A stretch of 32,744 nt of DNA from an uncultured Anaerosporobacter sp. (GCA_945787925.1 CALZJY010000001.1:1-32744), one strand, 5' to 3'. Counted from the stretch's first letter, positions 17,529 to 27,013 are shown. The notes: generated by a model from the letters alone, not told the origin. Translations and numbers: made by a program.

Positions 17529-18320
17529 ATGACAAAGAATATTGAACGTTTATATAACGGTATTATTAAAGAAAACCCTACCTTTGTCCTAATGTTAGGT
17601 ATGTGTCCTACATTAGCGGTTACTTCCTCTGCAAGTAATGGTTTAGGTATGGGTCTTACAACGACTGCAGTTTTAATCATGGCAAACCTTATGATTTCTG
17701 CACTTCGTAACGTGATTCCTCAAAAAGTGAGAATTCCAGCATTTATCGTAATCGTTGCATCCTTCGTAACAATGGTGCAATTATTATTACAAGCATACCT
17801 TCCTTTCTTAAATGAAAGCCTAGGTATCTATATCCCATTAATCGTAGTTAACTGTATCATTTTAGGTCGTGCGGAAGCATATGCATCTAAAAACCCAGTA
17901 GTAAATTCCATCTTCGATGGTATCGGTATGGGTCTTGGATTTACACTTGGTTTAACTGCGATCGGTATCTTCCGTGAGTTAATCGGTAATGGTGAAGTAT
18001 TCGGTCATGCAATCTCCTTTATTGCAGATTACAAAATCGGTATCTTCACAGCAGCTCCTGGTGCATTCTTTGTATTAGCAGCATTAACAGCGATTCAAAA
18101 CAAATTAAAAGCTCCTTGCGCAACGAACAAAGCAGAAGCTAGTGACATCGCTTGTGGTGGTAACTGTACTTCTTGTTCCGGTTCTGCTTGCAAAGGGAAC
18201 AAAGAGTTAATCGAAGCAGAACAACTTGCAGCACAAGCTGAAAAAGTTAGAAAAGCAAAAGAAGCTGCAGCCGCAAAGGCCGCTGCAAAAGCAGCTGCTG
18301 AAGCAAAGAAGGAGGATTGA
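17529..18320 (+). CDS. rnfE: Rnf subunit E with a Cys-rich C-terminal extension
   Basis: ENPTFVLMLGMCPTLAV, RIP, IPLIVVNCIILGRAE, PGAF. Confidence 0.95.
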   Translation: MTKNIERLYNGIIKENPTFVLMLGMCPTLAVTSSASNGLGMGLTTTAVLIMANLMISALRNVIPQKVRIPAFIVIVASFVTMVQLLLQAYLPFLNESLGIYIPLIVVNCIILGRAEAYASKNPVVNSIFDGIGMGLGFTLGLTAIGIFRELIGNGEVFGHAISFIADYKIGIFTAAPGAFFVLAALTAIQNKLKAPCATNKAEASDIACGGNCTSCSGSACKGNKELIEAEQLAAQAEKVRKAKEAAAAKAAAKAAAEAKKED

Positions 18321-18325
18321 TTTAG

Positions 18326-18904
18326 ATGAAAGCACTTATTTTAATGATCATTACAGCCGCTTTAGTTAACAACGTAGTACTAAGTCAATTCTTAGGGTTA
18401 TGTCCATTCTTAGGTGTATCTAAGAAAACTTCTACAGCTGCTGGTATGGGTGGAGCCGTAATCTTCGTTATTACGATCGCATCCGCAGTTACAAGTATTA
18501 TTAACAAATATCTACTTGTAAAATTCAATATTACGTATTTACAAACAATCGTATTTATCCTAGTAATTGCGACATTAGTTCAATTAGTAGAAATGTTCCT
18601 AAAGAAAACAAGTCCAGCGCTTTACAATGCGTTAGGTGTATTCTTACCATTAATCACAACAAACTGTGCGGTATTAGGTGTTGCCCTTACAAACGTTCAA
18701 AACAACTACTCTGTACTTGAAAGTGTAGTAAACGGTTTTGGTACAGCGGCAGGGTTCTTCATCTCTATCGTTATCATGGCTGGTGTTCGTGAAAAAATCG
18801 AATTCAATGACGTTAGCGAATCTTTCAAAGGTTCTCCTATCGTTTTAATTACAGCAGGGCTTATGGCAATTGCCTTCTATGGCTTTGCATCATTAAGTTT
18901 CTAG
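18326..18904 (+). CDS. rnfA: Rnf subunit A
   Basis: NNVVLSQFLGLCPFLGVSKK, LPLITTNCAVLG, AGLMAIAF. Confidence 0.96.
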   Translation: MKALILMIITAALVNNVVLSQFLGLCPFLGVSKKTSTAAGMGGAVIFVITIASAVTSIINKYLLVKFNITYLQTIVFILVIATLVQLVEMFLKKTSPALYNALGVFLPLITTNCAVLGVALTNVQNNYSVLESVVNGFGTAAGFFISIVIMAGVREKIEFNDVSESFKGSPIVLITAGLMAIAFYGFASLSF

Positions 18905-18921
18905 TTTAGGGAGGAGACAAG

Positions 18922-19728
18922 ATGGAATTTATCGGTGGTGTTTTATTAGCAGCCGCAGTCGTAGGTCTTACGGGATTGTTAATCGGTCTACTTCTAGGAA
19001 TTGCTGGTGAAAAATTAAAAGTTGAAGTAAATGAAAAAGAATTGTTAGTACGTGACGTACTTCCAGGTAATAACTGTGGTGGATGTGGTTATGCAGGTTG
19101 TGATGCATTAGCAAAAGCAATTGCAAACGGCGAAGCTGCAGTAAACGCTTGTCCTGTTGGTGGCGCGCCAGTAGCAGAACAAGTTGGTGAAATCATGGGT
19201 ATCTCTGCAGATGACAGCGTGAAAGAAGTAGCGTTTGTAAAATGTGCTGGTACTTGCGATAAGACAAAAGACAAAGATTTATACTTCGGTATTCATGACT
19301 GTAACGCAGCTATGAACGTTCCTGGTACAGGAAGTAAATCTTGTTCTTACGGATGTCTTGGATATGGCTCTTGTGAAAAGGCTTGTCCATTCGATGCAAT
19401 CCACGTAATCGATGGTATTGCGAAAGTAGACAAAGAAAAATGTGTTGCTTGTGGTAAATGTGTTGTTACATGTCCAAAGCAATTAATCGAATTAGTTCCT
19501 TACACTTCCGAATACTTAGTTCGTTGTAAGTCTGAGGACAAAGGTAAAGATGTAAAAGCTCACTGTGAAGTTGGATGTATCGGTTGCGGTATGTGTCAAA
19601 GAGCTTGTGAGTATGATGCAGTTCATGTAGTGAACAACATCGCTTACATCGACCAATCTAAATGTCAAAAATGTGGTGCTTGTGCCGCTAAATGTCCTAC
19701 AAAAGTTATTCGTGACTTAGTAGTATAA
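18922..19728 (+). CDS. rnfB: Rnf subunit B (polyferredoxin)
   Basis: TM anchor, LPGNNCGGCGYAGC, CPVGG and multiple CxxCxxCxxxC motifs. Confidence 0.95.
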   Translation: MEFIGGVLLAAAVVGLTGLLIGLLLGIAGEKLKVEVNEKELLVRDVLPGNNCGGCGYAGCDALAKAIANGEAAVNACPVGGAPVAEQVGEIMGISADDSVKEVAFVKCAGTCDKTKDKDLYFGIHDCNAAMNVPGTGSKSCSYGCLGYGSCEKACPFDAIHVIDGIAKVDKEKCVACGKCVVTCPKQLIELVPYTSEYLVRCKSEDKGKDVKAHCEVGCIGCGMCQRACEYDAVHVVNNIAYIDQSKCQKCGACAAKCPTKVIRDLVV

Positions 19729-19729
19729 G

Positions 19730-19764
19730 AAAAAGCCAGAAGGTAGTTGCCTTCTGGCTTTTTT
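19730..19764 (+). terminator. Terminator after rnfB
   Basis: AAAAAGCCAGAAGG-TAGTTG-CCTTCTGGCTTTTTT. Confidence 0.92.
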
Positions 19765-19886
19765 ATTGCATAGGATGAAAAGTGCTTTTTTAGAAAAAGG
19801 TGTATGCATTGCCTAATATTCGTATCTGTAATTGTGGAGGAGTTGGAAAGACTACTAGTAAGACAGAATGACTATGAGGTGGACAA

Positions 19887-20309
19887 ATGAAGTTTCAGAC
19901 GAAGGCGGCAAAGAATATCTTCTTATTCTTAGTGGGAGGATTTTGTTATGGATGTGTTGAGATGCTTTATAAGGGTGGGACGCATATTTCTATGATCCTT
20001 GCGGGCGGTCTTTGCTTCTTGCTCATAGGAAAGGTGCGCGACTGGGCAGGCAATCCATCCTTGCTTGGACAGATGGTAGTATCTGCAATCATCGTTACTG
20101 CTATTGAATTGGTAACGGGACTTATTGTAAACCGTTGGCTTCATTTGTTTGTATGGGATTACTCCGAACTGCCTTACAATTTCATGGGACAAATCTGTCT
20201 CTTATTTTCGGTTTTCTGGTTTTTATTGTCCTTATTGGCGATTCTTTTGGACGATGCAATTCGATATTTCTTGCTTGGTGAAGAAAAACGTCGATACCAC
20301 TTGCTATGA
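19887..20309 (+). CDS. Small multi-pass membrane protein, putative ABC-transporter permease-like (CmpB/TmpB-type) family
   Basis: GG..Y..VE...KG.THISM...GG and ELVTG..VN...VWDYS..PYNFMGQICL..S..W motifs; RBS GAGGTG. Function is uncertain. Confidence 0.65.
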   Translation: MKFQTKAAKNIFLFLVGGFCYGCVEMLYKGGTHISMILAGGLCFLLIGKVRDWAGNPSLLGQMVVSAIIVTAIELVTGLIVNRWLHLFVWDYSELPYNFMGQICLLFSVFWFLLSLLAILLDDAIRYFLLGEEKRRYHLL

Positions 20310-20364
20310 GTTGTAAGGAGTAAGAAGAAAATGTAAAAAATTATAATTATTTCGATGGCAAATG

Positions 20365-20393
20365 TTGAATCATATTTGGCTACGCTATATAAT
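20365..20393 (+). promoter_or_regulatory. Putative promoter of the LacI gene
   Basis: TTGAAT-17 nt-TATAAT. Confidence 0.55.
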
Positions 20394-20449
20394 TGACCTA
20401 TATATTGGGTCTATATTTATGAAAATAAGGGAAATGGTGGTGTGTCAAT

Positions 20450-21460
20450 TTGGCTACGATAAAAGAGCTGTCTGTAAAATGTGGAGTATCCATTTCTACC
20501 GTGAGTAAAGCGCTAAATGGTTATCGAGACATTAGTGAAGAAACAAGGCAGAGAATTCTGAAGACAGCGATGGAAATTGGATACCTTTCAGATAATAATG
20601 CGAAGGCTATGAAGAAGAAAAAGACCTGCAACATAGGTGTATTATACTTTGATGCTTCCAATCAAGATTTAAGAAATGAATATTTTGCATACATACTCGC
20701 ATCTTTCAAGGAGAAGGCTGCAAAAGAGGGATATGATATTACCTTTATTGAACATAATATAGGGAATAAGAAGATGACCTATTTAGAACATTGCAAGAAT
20801 CGTAGCTTTGATGGGGTTTGTATTGTATGTGCGGAATTTACAGATCCTGAAGTGATTGAACTTGTAAATAGTGATTTTCCTGTCGTTACGATCGATCATG
20901 TGTTTAATGAAGCGATTTCGGTGATGTCAGACAATATCCAGGGGATGCGGCAGCTAGTAGAATATATTGTGAGTCAAGGCCATAGAAAGATTGCCTATAT
21001 CTATGGTACGAAATCAAGCGTGACCCATAACCGTTTGGTAAGCTTTAATAATGTGTTGAGTGAGAATCATATCATATTGCCGGAGGAATATTATCAGAAG
21101 GCAATGTATCGAAATGCAGATAAGACGGAAGAGATTACAGAGTATCTGTTGAAGCTGCCAAATCCACCAACTTGTATCATTGCGCCAGATGATTATTCCG
21201 CATTTGGAGCGATGAATGCAATCAGGCGTTTGGGACTTAGCATACCAGAAGATATTTCTTTAGCGGCATACGATGGAATCTTAACCGCGCAAGCGTTAGA
21301 ACCAAACCTTGCTACGATTAAGCAGGATACGGAGCGAATCGGAGAAGAGGCAGCAAGACAGCTGATCAATTTGATTGAGAATCCGATGGGGACTTCGTTA
21401 GATACCATTTATTTAAAAGGCCAGCTATATAAAGGTGGTTCGATTAAGAAGATCAATTAA
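20450..21460 (+). CDS. LacI-family transcriptional regulator
   Basis: ATIKELSVKCGVSISTVSKALNG HTH, GHRKIAYI, IPEDISLAAYDG; TTG start. Confidence 0.93.
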   Translation: MATIKELSVKCGVSISTVSKALNGYRDISEETRQRILKTAMEIGYLSDNNAKAMKKKKTCNIGVLYFDASNQDLRNEYFAYILASFKEKAAKEGYDITFIEHNIGNKKMTYLEHCKNRSFDGVCIVCAEFTDPEVIELVNSDFPVVTIDHVFNEAISVMSDNIQGMRQLVEYIVSQGHRKIAYIYGTKSSVTHNRLVSFNNVLSENHIILPEEYYQKAMYRNADKTEEITEYLLKLPNPPTCIIAPDDYSAFGAMNAIRRLGLSIPEDISLAAYDGILTAQALEPNLATIKQDTERIGEEAARQLINLIENPMGTSLDTIYLKGQLYKGGSIKKIN

Positions 21461-21494
21461 GAAGAGCGTAAATACTAAGGATGAGGAGTATAGG

Positions 21495-23063
21495 ATGTAC
21501 AAGATACTAGTAGCAGAGCCGGATGTGGAGGCTGCTTTATGTATTCAAAGTGTAATTGCACAAGAGGTCCCGCATGCAAAAGTTGTGGCAGTAGTGGACA
21601 ATGGAAATGATGCTGTGATAGAGACGATGAATTTGGAACCAGACTTGATACTGGTTGCCATCCGCATGATCGGCCTCAATGGGCTGGACGTGATTGAACG
21701 GATTCGCAAGTTTAATCTAAGTGCCCATATCATCATTGTTTCTGCATATGATTATTTTGAATTTGCAAAGAAAGCAATGGTGCTTGGTGTGAATGACTAT
21801 TTGTTGAAGCCGATTGAGGAAGAGGCATTGTCGAAGGCGATCAAGCGAGAGCTTTTTAAGGTAAAGCAGGAACGAGAAAGCGTGCGTGTAAGTAAGAATG
21901 AAGAGATGCAATTTAGTGATGCATTGCGGATTGTTGAGAAACATTTTTTGTATTCCGTAGTATATGGAGTGGATATACAGGAACTGATGACGCAATACAA
22001 ACGCATGCTCGGTGTTGGGGACTATGCCTATATTATAGGTGTCAGTTTTGACCTGTCGTTATTGAAGAATCAATGGAATGTAGAAAAGGCATCTGAAAGG
22101 ATGTGTCGAAGATTAAAGGATATCATAGGAAAGAATTATGGAAAAGCCATTGGAACGAGAATGCTCAACCGATTTGTCTTGTGTGTGAATGTGAAGGGGA
22201 AATCGTCTGCGAGAGAAGGCCAGCTTGAGGCAATCAAACTAGCAAAAGAAATCGTACGAGGGATGAAAGAGACATTTGATTTGGATGTGAATGTGGCGAT
22301 TGGTGGAATTAAACGCATACGTCAAATCCATGAAAGCTATGTGGAAATGATGAAGGCAGATGGGCATGGCAGTGGAAATGCAGTCTCGTATTACAAAGAT
22401 GTTCGGTATAAGCGGGCATTAAAAGAGAGTTATATGGATTTGACAGAAGAACTGATTGACAACATTCGTTATGATAAACACAATACGGCGCAATGTTTTT
22501 TTAATATCTTGGAAATGTTCCGAGACTTATCTTCGGAAGAACGATTGATTCGTCTGCTTGATGTATTTATGGCAGTTTCTTATGAGTTTCGAAAAGAGTT
22601 TAAGAAACAGGATTTCTATTTTGATTATTTTGAACAGTATGAATCCTTAGTGCAGATGGGTGTACAAGAACAAGAACTTTGGGCGCAAGCACATCTGAGC
22701 ATGCTAATCCGTATGATGAAGTTGGGAAGGAATAATAAGAAGTCATCCGTAGTGACAACAGCCATGGAACATATTAAGCAGCATTATAATGAAGACATTT
22801 CCCTGTCTGAGATTTCTTCGTATGTAAATCTTAGTCCACAGCACTTTAGCAAGATCTTCAAGGAGACGACGAACTTTAATTATGTAGAATGGGTGAATAA
22901 CCTACGGGTAGAGAAGGCGAAAGAGTATATGAACCAAGAGGATTATACGATTAAGGAAATTTGTTATCTGGTAGGGTATAAGGATCCGAACTATTTTAGC
23001 CGTATTTTTAAGAAATATGTAGGCATCTCACCAACAGAATATGTGAAAGAGCGTACGCTTTAA
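21495..23063 (+). CDS. YesN-like receiver + AraC HTH regulator with a degenerate (pseudo) receiver domain
   Basis: Receiver fold (YKILVAEPD...PDLILVAIRMIGLNG...IIVSAY...YLLKP) and C-terminal AraC (SPQHFSKIFK...RVEKAK...VGYKDPNYFSRIFKK..G.SP.EY). ATG 21495 follows GAGGAG. Confidence 0.9.
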   Translation: MYKILVAEPDVEAALCIQSVIAQEVPHAKVVAVVDNGNDAVIETMNLEPDLILVAIRMIGLNGLDVIERIRKFNLSAHIIIVSAYDYFEFAKKAMVLGVNDYLLKPIEEEALSKAIKRELFKVKQERESVRVSKNEEMQFSDALRIVEKHFLYSVVYGVDIQELMTQYKRMLGVGDYAYIIGVSFDLSLLKNQWNVEKASERMCRRLKDIIGKNYGKAIGTRMLNRFVLCVNVKGKSSAREGQLEAIKLAKEIVRGMKETFDLDVNVAIGGIKRIRQIHESYVEMMKADGHGSGNAVSYYKDVRYKRALKESYMDLTEELIDNIRYDKHNTAQCFFNILEMFRDLSSEERLIRLLDVFMAVSYEFRKEFKKQDFYFDYFEQYESLVQMGVQEQELWAQAHLSMLIRMMKLGRNNKKSSVVTTAMEHIKQHYNEDISLSEISSYVNLSPQHFSKIFKETTNFNYVEWVNNLRVEKAKEYMNQEDYTIKEICYLVGYKDPNYFSRIFKKYVGISPTEYVKERTL

Positions 23064-23069
23064 TAATGG

Positions 23070-23097
23070 AAGGTTGATTGAAAAATCAGCCTTTTTT
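23070..23097 (+). terminator. Terminator after the AraC regulator
   Basis: AAGGTTGATT-GAAA-AATCAGCCTT-TTTT. Confidence 0.8.
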
Positions 23098-23234
23098 GCA
23101 TAAAATATCATATGTTGGAAATAATATTATATTGGTATTTTAGAGAGGATACGATATAGTAGGGAAAGAGAATTTTCGAGTGAAAAATACAAAGTGTGAC
23201 TTATGTAAAATACTTGAAAAACCGTGGAAACATA

Positions 23235-23264
23235 TTGACGAGCTAGTATGGAGTGTGCTATTCT
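23235..23264 (+). promoter_or_regulatory. Putative promoter of rpmG-secE-nusG
   Basis: TTGACG-18 nt-TATTCT with extended TG. Confidence 0.5.
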
Positions 23265-23361
23265 ATACTAGCGATGGAAGAAGTCTTTTTTTTATGCCTA
23301 AAAATCAATATTGACAGGAAAAACATTAGCAAATTAAGAATTTATAGCGGAGGTGGAAGCT

Positions 23362-23511
23362 GTGCGCGTAAAAATCACATTAGCTTGTACAGAATGTAAA
23401 CAACGTAACTACAATATGACAAAAGAGAAAAAAGCTCATCCAGATAGAATGGAAACTAAAAAATATTGTAAATTCTGTAAATCACACACTTTACACAAGG
23501 AAACAAAATAG
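23362..23511 (+). CDS. rpmG: 50S ribosomal protein L33 (Zn-binding C+ form), 49 aa
   Basis: GTG start after GGAGGTG; [49 protein letters not shown]. Absent from the ORF track. Confidence 0.97.
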   Translation: MRVKITLACTECKQRNYNMTKEKKAHPDRMETKKYCKFCKSHTLHKETK

Positions 23512-23603
23512 TTTGAGTTGTATAGGCAATAGGTAATTCTATTGAACATTTATGAGCGGTATGCATGGTATGGTGCGTGCTTGCGGAAAGGAATGTGGAA
23601 GAT

Positions 23604-23816
23604 ATGGGAGAAGCAGTCAACAAAGTAGACGGAGCCCAAAAACAAGGTTTTTGGAAATCCTTAAAATCTGAATTTAAAAAAATTACTTGGCCTGATAGAC
23701 AATCACTAGTTAAACAAACAATCGCAGTAAGTGTAATTACTGTAATACTTGGAGTACTAATAGCAGGAGTGGATACTGTGTTTAAATACGGTATTGCTTG
23801 GCTGCTAAAACTATAG
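23604..23816 (+). CDS. secE: Preprotein translocase subunit SecE
   Basis: FWKSLKSEFKKITWP plus a single TM helix; lies between rpmG and nusG; ATG 23604 follows AAAGGA. Confidence 0.93.
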   Translation: MGEAVNKVDGAQKQGFWKSLKSEFKKITWPDRQSLVKQTIAVSVITVILGVLIAGVDTVFKYGIAWLLKL

Positions 23817-23824
23817 GTGATAAC

Positions 23825-24343
23825 ATGGCAGAAGCAAATTGGTATGTTGTGCATACTTATTCCGGTTACGAGAATAAGGTTAAAGCAAATATTGAAAAAA
23901 CAATTGAAAATAGAAATCTTCAAGATCAAATCTTAGAAGTTTCTATACCTATGCAAGATGTTGTAGAGGTAAAAAATGGAACAAAGAAGAAAGTAAGCAA
24001 GAAGATGTTTCCTGCTTATGTTCTTATCAACATGATCATGAACGACGATACTTGGTATGTTGTTCGTAACACAAGAGGTGTTACAGGTTTTGTTGGTCCG
24101 GGATCTAAGCCGGTTCCGTTATCTGAAGCTGAAATGAGAGCTATGGGACTTAAGAATAGCGACGAAATCGAAATCGACTTAGAAGTTGGTGACGCAATTG
24201 TTGTTGTTTCTGGAGCTTGGGAAGAAACAAGCGGTATTATTACCCATATCAATACTCATAAACAGGCGGTAACAATCAACGTAGATATGTTTGGTCGTGA
24301 AACACCTGTTGAAATCAGTTTCTCTGATATTAAAAAAATGTAA
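23825..24343 (+). CDS. nusG: Transcription termination/antitermination factor NusG
   Basis: WYVVHTYSGYENKVK, VRNTRGVTGFVG and KOW domain MFGRETPVE; ATG 23825 follows AGGTGA. Confidence 0.97.
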   Translation: MAEANWYVVHTYSGYENKVKANIEKTIENRNLQDQILEVSIPMQDVVEVKNGTKKKVSKKMFPAYVLINMIMNDDTWYVVRNTRGVTGFVGPGSKPVPLSEAEMRAMGLKNSDEIEIDLEVGDAIVVVSGAWEETSGIITHINTHKQAVTINVDMFGRETPVEISFSDIKKM

Positions 24344-24364
24344 TACGTCTAGATAGACTAGATG

Positions 24365-24393
24365 GTGGGAGGGAAGACTCCCGATAACACCAC
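24365..24393 (+). promoter_or_regulatory. Ribosomal protein L1-binding mRNA leader, copy 1 (before rplK)
   Basis: GTGGGAG-GGAAGACTCCC-GATAACACCAC: GTGG/CCAC outer stem, GGGA/TCCC inner stem and an internal loop with GGAG, just before the SD. Confidence 0.75.
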
Positions 24394-24415
24394 ATAATTC
24401 AGGAGGTATGCTATA

Positions 24416-24841
24416 ATGGCAAAGAAAGTTACAGGTTATATTAAATTACAAATTCCAGCTGGAAAGGCTACACCAGCACCACCAGTTGGTCCTGCACTTG
24501 GTCAACACGGTGTTAACATTGTTCAATTCACAAAAGAATTCAATGCTAGAACTGCAAACCAAGACGGAATGATCATCCCAGTTGTAATTACTGTATATCA
24601 AGATAGAAGTTTTAGTTTCATCACTAAAACTCCACCAGCTGCAGTATTATTAAAGAAAGCTGCTAAAATCGAATCTGGTTCAGGAGTACCTAACAAAACT
24701 AAGGTAGCTACAATTTCTCAAGAAGAAGTTAGAAAAATCGCTGAATTAAAAATGCCAGATTTAAACGCTGCTAGCATCGAAAGTGCAATGAGCATGATCG
24801 CTGGTACAGCAAGAAGTATGGGTATTGTTGTAGAAGAATAA
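24416..24841 (+). CDS. rplK: 50S ribosomal protein L11
   Basis: [23 protein letters not shown]...GTARSMG. Confidence 0.98.
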   Translation: MAKKVTGYIKLQIPAGKATPAPPVGPALGQHGVNIVQFTKEFNARTANQDGMIIPVVITVYQDRSFSFITKTPPAAVLLKKAAKIESGSGVPNKTKVATISQEEVRKIAELKMPDLNAASIESAMSMIAGTARSMGIVVEE

Positions 24842-24930
24842 TTCTACGAATCCCTAAAAGACTATTAAACATCGTCAATATTGACAAGGCAAATAAATAA
24901 GAGATTTCAGCCGGTAACGGTCGTAATCAC

Positions 24931-24959
24931 GTGGGAGGGACAACTCCCGATAATACCAC
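24931..24959 (+). promoter_or_regulatory. Ribosomal protein L1-binding mRNA leader, copy 2 (before rplA)
   Basis: GTGGGAGGGACAACTCCCGATAATACCAC, 26/29 identical to copy 1, adjacent to the AGGAGG SD. Confidence 0.75.
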
Positions 24960-24974
24960 TAGGAGGTTAATAGA

Positions 24975-25667
24975 ATGAAAAGAGGAAAAAAATACGTAGA
25001 AGCTGCTAAGCTTATTGACAAATCTATGCTTTATGATGCAGCAGAAGCGTGTAGTTTAGTTAAAAAAGCAGCTGTTGCAAAATTCGATGAAACAGTTGAA
25101 GCGCATATCAGACTTGGTGTTGATGGACGTCATGCAGATCAACAAGTTCGTGGTGCGGTAGTATTACCACACGGAACTGGTAAAACTGTAAGAGTATTAG
25201 TTTTCGCTAAAGGCGATAAAGTAGCAGAAGCAGAAGCTGCTGGTGCTGATTTCGTAGGTGGCGAAGAATTAATCCCAAGAATCCAAAATGATGGATGGTT
25301 AGACTTCGACGTTGTTGTTGCAACTCCTGATATGATGGGTGTTGTTGGTCGTCTTGGCCGTGTACTTGGACCAAAAGGCTTAATGCCAAACCCAAAAGCT
25401 GGTACTGTTACAATGGATGTTACAAAAGCTGTTAACGATATCAAAGCTGGTAAGATCGAATATAGATTAGATAAAACAAACATTATCCACGTACCTGTTG
25501 GTAAAGTGTCCTTCACTGAAGAACAACTTGCAGAAAACTTTGACGCACTTATGGGAGCTATCATCAAAGCTAAACCAGCTGCAGCTAAAGGTCAATACCT
25601 TAGAAGCGTAACTGTAACTAGCACAATGGGCCCTGGTGTTAAAGTTAACACAGCTAAACTTGGCTAA
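24975..25667 (+). CDS. rplA: 50S ribosomal protein L1
   Basis: [43 protein letters not shown]. Confidence 0.98.
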   Translation: MKRGKKYVEAAKLIDKSMLYDAAEACSLVKKAAVAKFDETVEAHIRLGVDGRHADQQVRGAVVLPHGTGKTVRVLVFAKGDKVAEAEAAGADFVGGEELIPRIQNDGWLDFDVVVATPDMMGVVGRLGRVLGPKGLMPNPKAGTVTMDVTKAVNDIKAGKIEYRLDKTNIIHVPVGKVSFTEEQLAENFDALMGAIIKAKPAAAKGQYLRSVTVTSTMGPGVKVNTAKLG

Positions 25668-25703
25668 TTACTATCTAATACTTTGATGTGTTAGAATTTC
25701 CTT

Positions 25704-25736
25704 AGAGCGAGAGCATTATGCTTTCGCTCTTTTTTT
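25704..25736 (+). terminator. Terminator after rplA
   Basis: AGAGCGAGAGCA-TTA-TGCTTTCGCTCT-TTTTTT. Confidence 0.88.
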
Positions 25737-25818
25737 CTGGCATAGGAAAAGGTATTCAGACAATGAAGAATATAGAAGAAAATGAAAATATTATCTACAA
25801 AAAGATAAAAAAACTTTG

Positions 25819-25847
25819 TTGACATTACCTTGTCTATTTGATATACT
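25819..25847 (+). promoter_or_regulatory. Sigma-A promoter of rplJ-rplL
   Basis: TTGACA-17 nt-TATACT with extended TG. Confidence 0.75.
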
Positions 25848-25887
25848 CAAAAAGGTCGAGTGATTACTCACTTGATTTATCATATAG

Positions 25888-26005
25888 CTGCCGAAGACAG
25901 TAGGTGCCGTAAGGCATAAGTTGAACACGCCTACCGAGGAAATATAAGATATTCTTAGATGAACTTATAGAACCTTTTCTGTCTTTTTCAGTAAGGTTCT
26001 TTTTT
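25888..26005 (+). ncRNA. L10 ribosomal protein leader (attenuator)
   Basis: CCGAAGACAGTAGG...TAA...CCTACCGAGG core typical of the L10 leader, followed by an AGAACCTT/AAGGTTCT-T5 terminator upstream of rplJ. Confidence 0.85.
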
Positions 26006-26090
26006 AATCTGAAGAAACTTTGTTTCATAGATTGCGGCGGTGCCTTGATTGGTGAAAACCGATCATTATTCTATAAGGAGGTACAGCATA

Positions 26091-26579
26091 ATGGCAAAGG
26101 TAGAATTAAAACAACCTATCGTTGAAGAAATCAAAGGATTCGTTGCACAAGCTCAATCCGTAGTAGTAGTTGACTACCGTGGTTTAACAGTAGAACAAGA
26201 TACTCAATTACGTAAAGCTTGTAGAGAAGCTGGTGTTGTATACAAAGTATACAAAAACACTATGTTAAAAAGAGCATTCGAAGGAACTGATTTCGCTCAG
26301 TTAGAACAAACTTTAGAAGGACCAACAGCTGTTGCATTCGGCATGGAAGATGCTACTGCACCTGCTCGTGTTCTTAACCAAGTTGCGAAAACTGCAGACA
26401 AATTAGAGTTCAAAGGAGCAGTAGTAGAAGGTACATTATACGATGTTGCTGGAGTTAAATCTCTTGCAAATATCCCTTCAAGAGAAGTTCTTATTTCCAA
26501 ATTACTTGGAAGTATGCAATCTCCTATTGCAAACTTCGCTCGTGTTATTAATCAAATCGCTGAACAAAAAGAAGCGTAA
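26091..26579 (+). CDS. rplJ: 50S ribosomal protein L10
   Basis: DYRGLTV, VYKNT, LEGPTA, IPSRE; ATG 26091 follows AAGGAGG. Confidence 0.97.
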   Translation: MAKVELKQPIVEEIKGFVAQAQSVVVVDYRGLTVEQDTQLRKACREAGVVYKVYKNTMLKRAFEGTDFAQLEQTLEGPTAVAFGMEDATAPARVLNQVAKTADKLEFKGAVVEGTLYDVAGVKSLANIPSREVLISKLLGSMQSPIANFARVINQIAEQKEA

Positions 26580-26647
26580 GTATTGTGCAGCGTAAGCTGC
26601 TGTCATGAAAAAAATAATCAATTAAAAATTATCGGAGGTAATTAATA

Positions 26648-27013
26648 ATGACAACTCAAGAATTTATCGAAGCAATTAAAAGCTTAACAGTATTAGAATT
26701 AAATGACTTAGTAAAAGCATGTGAAGAAGAATTTGGTGTATCCGCTGCTGCTGGTGTAGTAGTTGCTGCTGCAGGTGCTGAAGGTGGCGCTGCTGAAGAA
26801 AAAACTGAATTCGACGTTGAATTAACAGACGTTGGTGCTAACAAAGTTAAAGTTATCAAAGTAGTTCGTGAAGTAACTGGCTTAGGCTTAAAAGAAGCTA
26901 AAGAAGTAGTTGACGGAGCTCCTAAATTAGTTAAAGAAGGCGCATCTAAAGAAGAAGCTGAAGAAATCAAAGCTAAACTTGAAGCTGAAGGTGCTAAAGT
27001 TACTCTTAAATAG
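26648..27013 (+). CDS. rplL: 50S ribosomal protein L7/L12
   Basis: [37 protein letters not shown]. Confidence 0.98.
   Translation: MTTQEFIEAIKSLTVLELNDLVKACEEEFGVSAAAGVVVAAAGAEGGAAEEKTEFDVELTDVGANKVKVIKVVREVTGLGLKEAKEVVDGAPKLVKEGASKEEAEEIKAKLEAEGAKVTLK

Noticed and set aside
23512-23603. Possible tRNA between rpmG and secE
   Set aside because: Only two short hairpins; no T-loop GTTC motif or cloverleaf.
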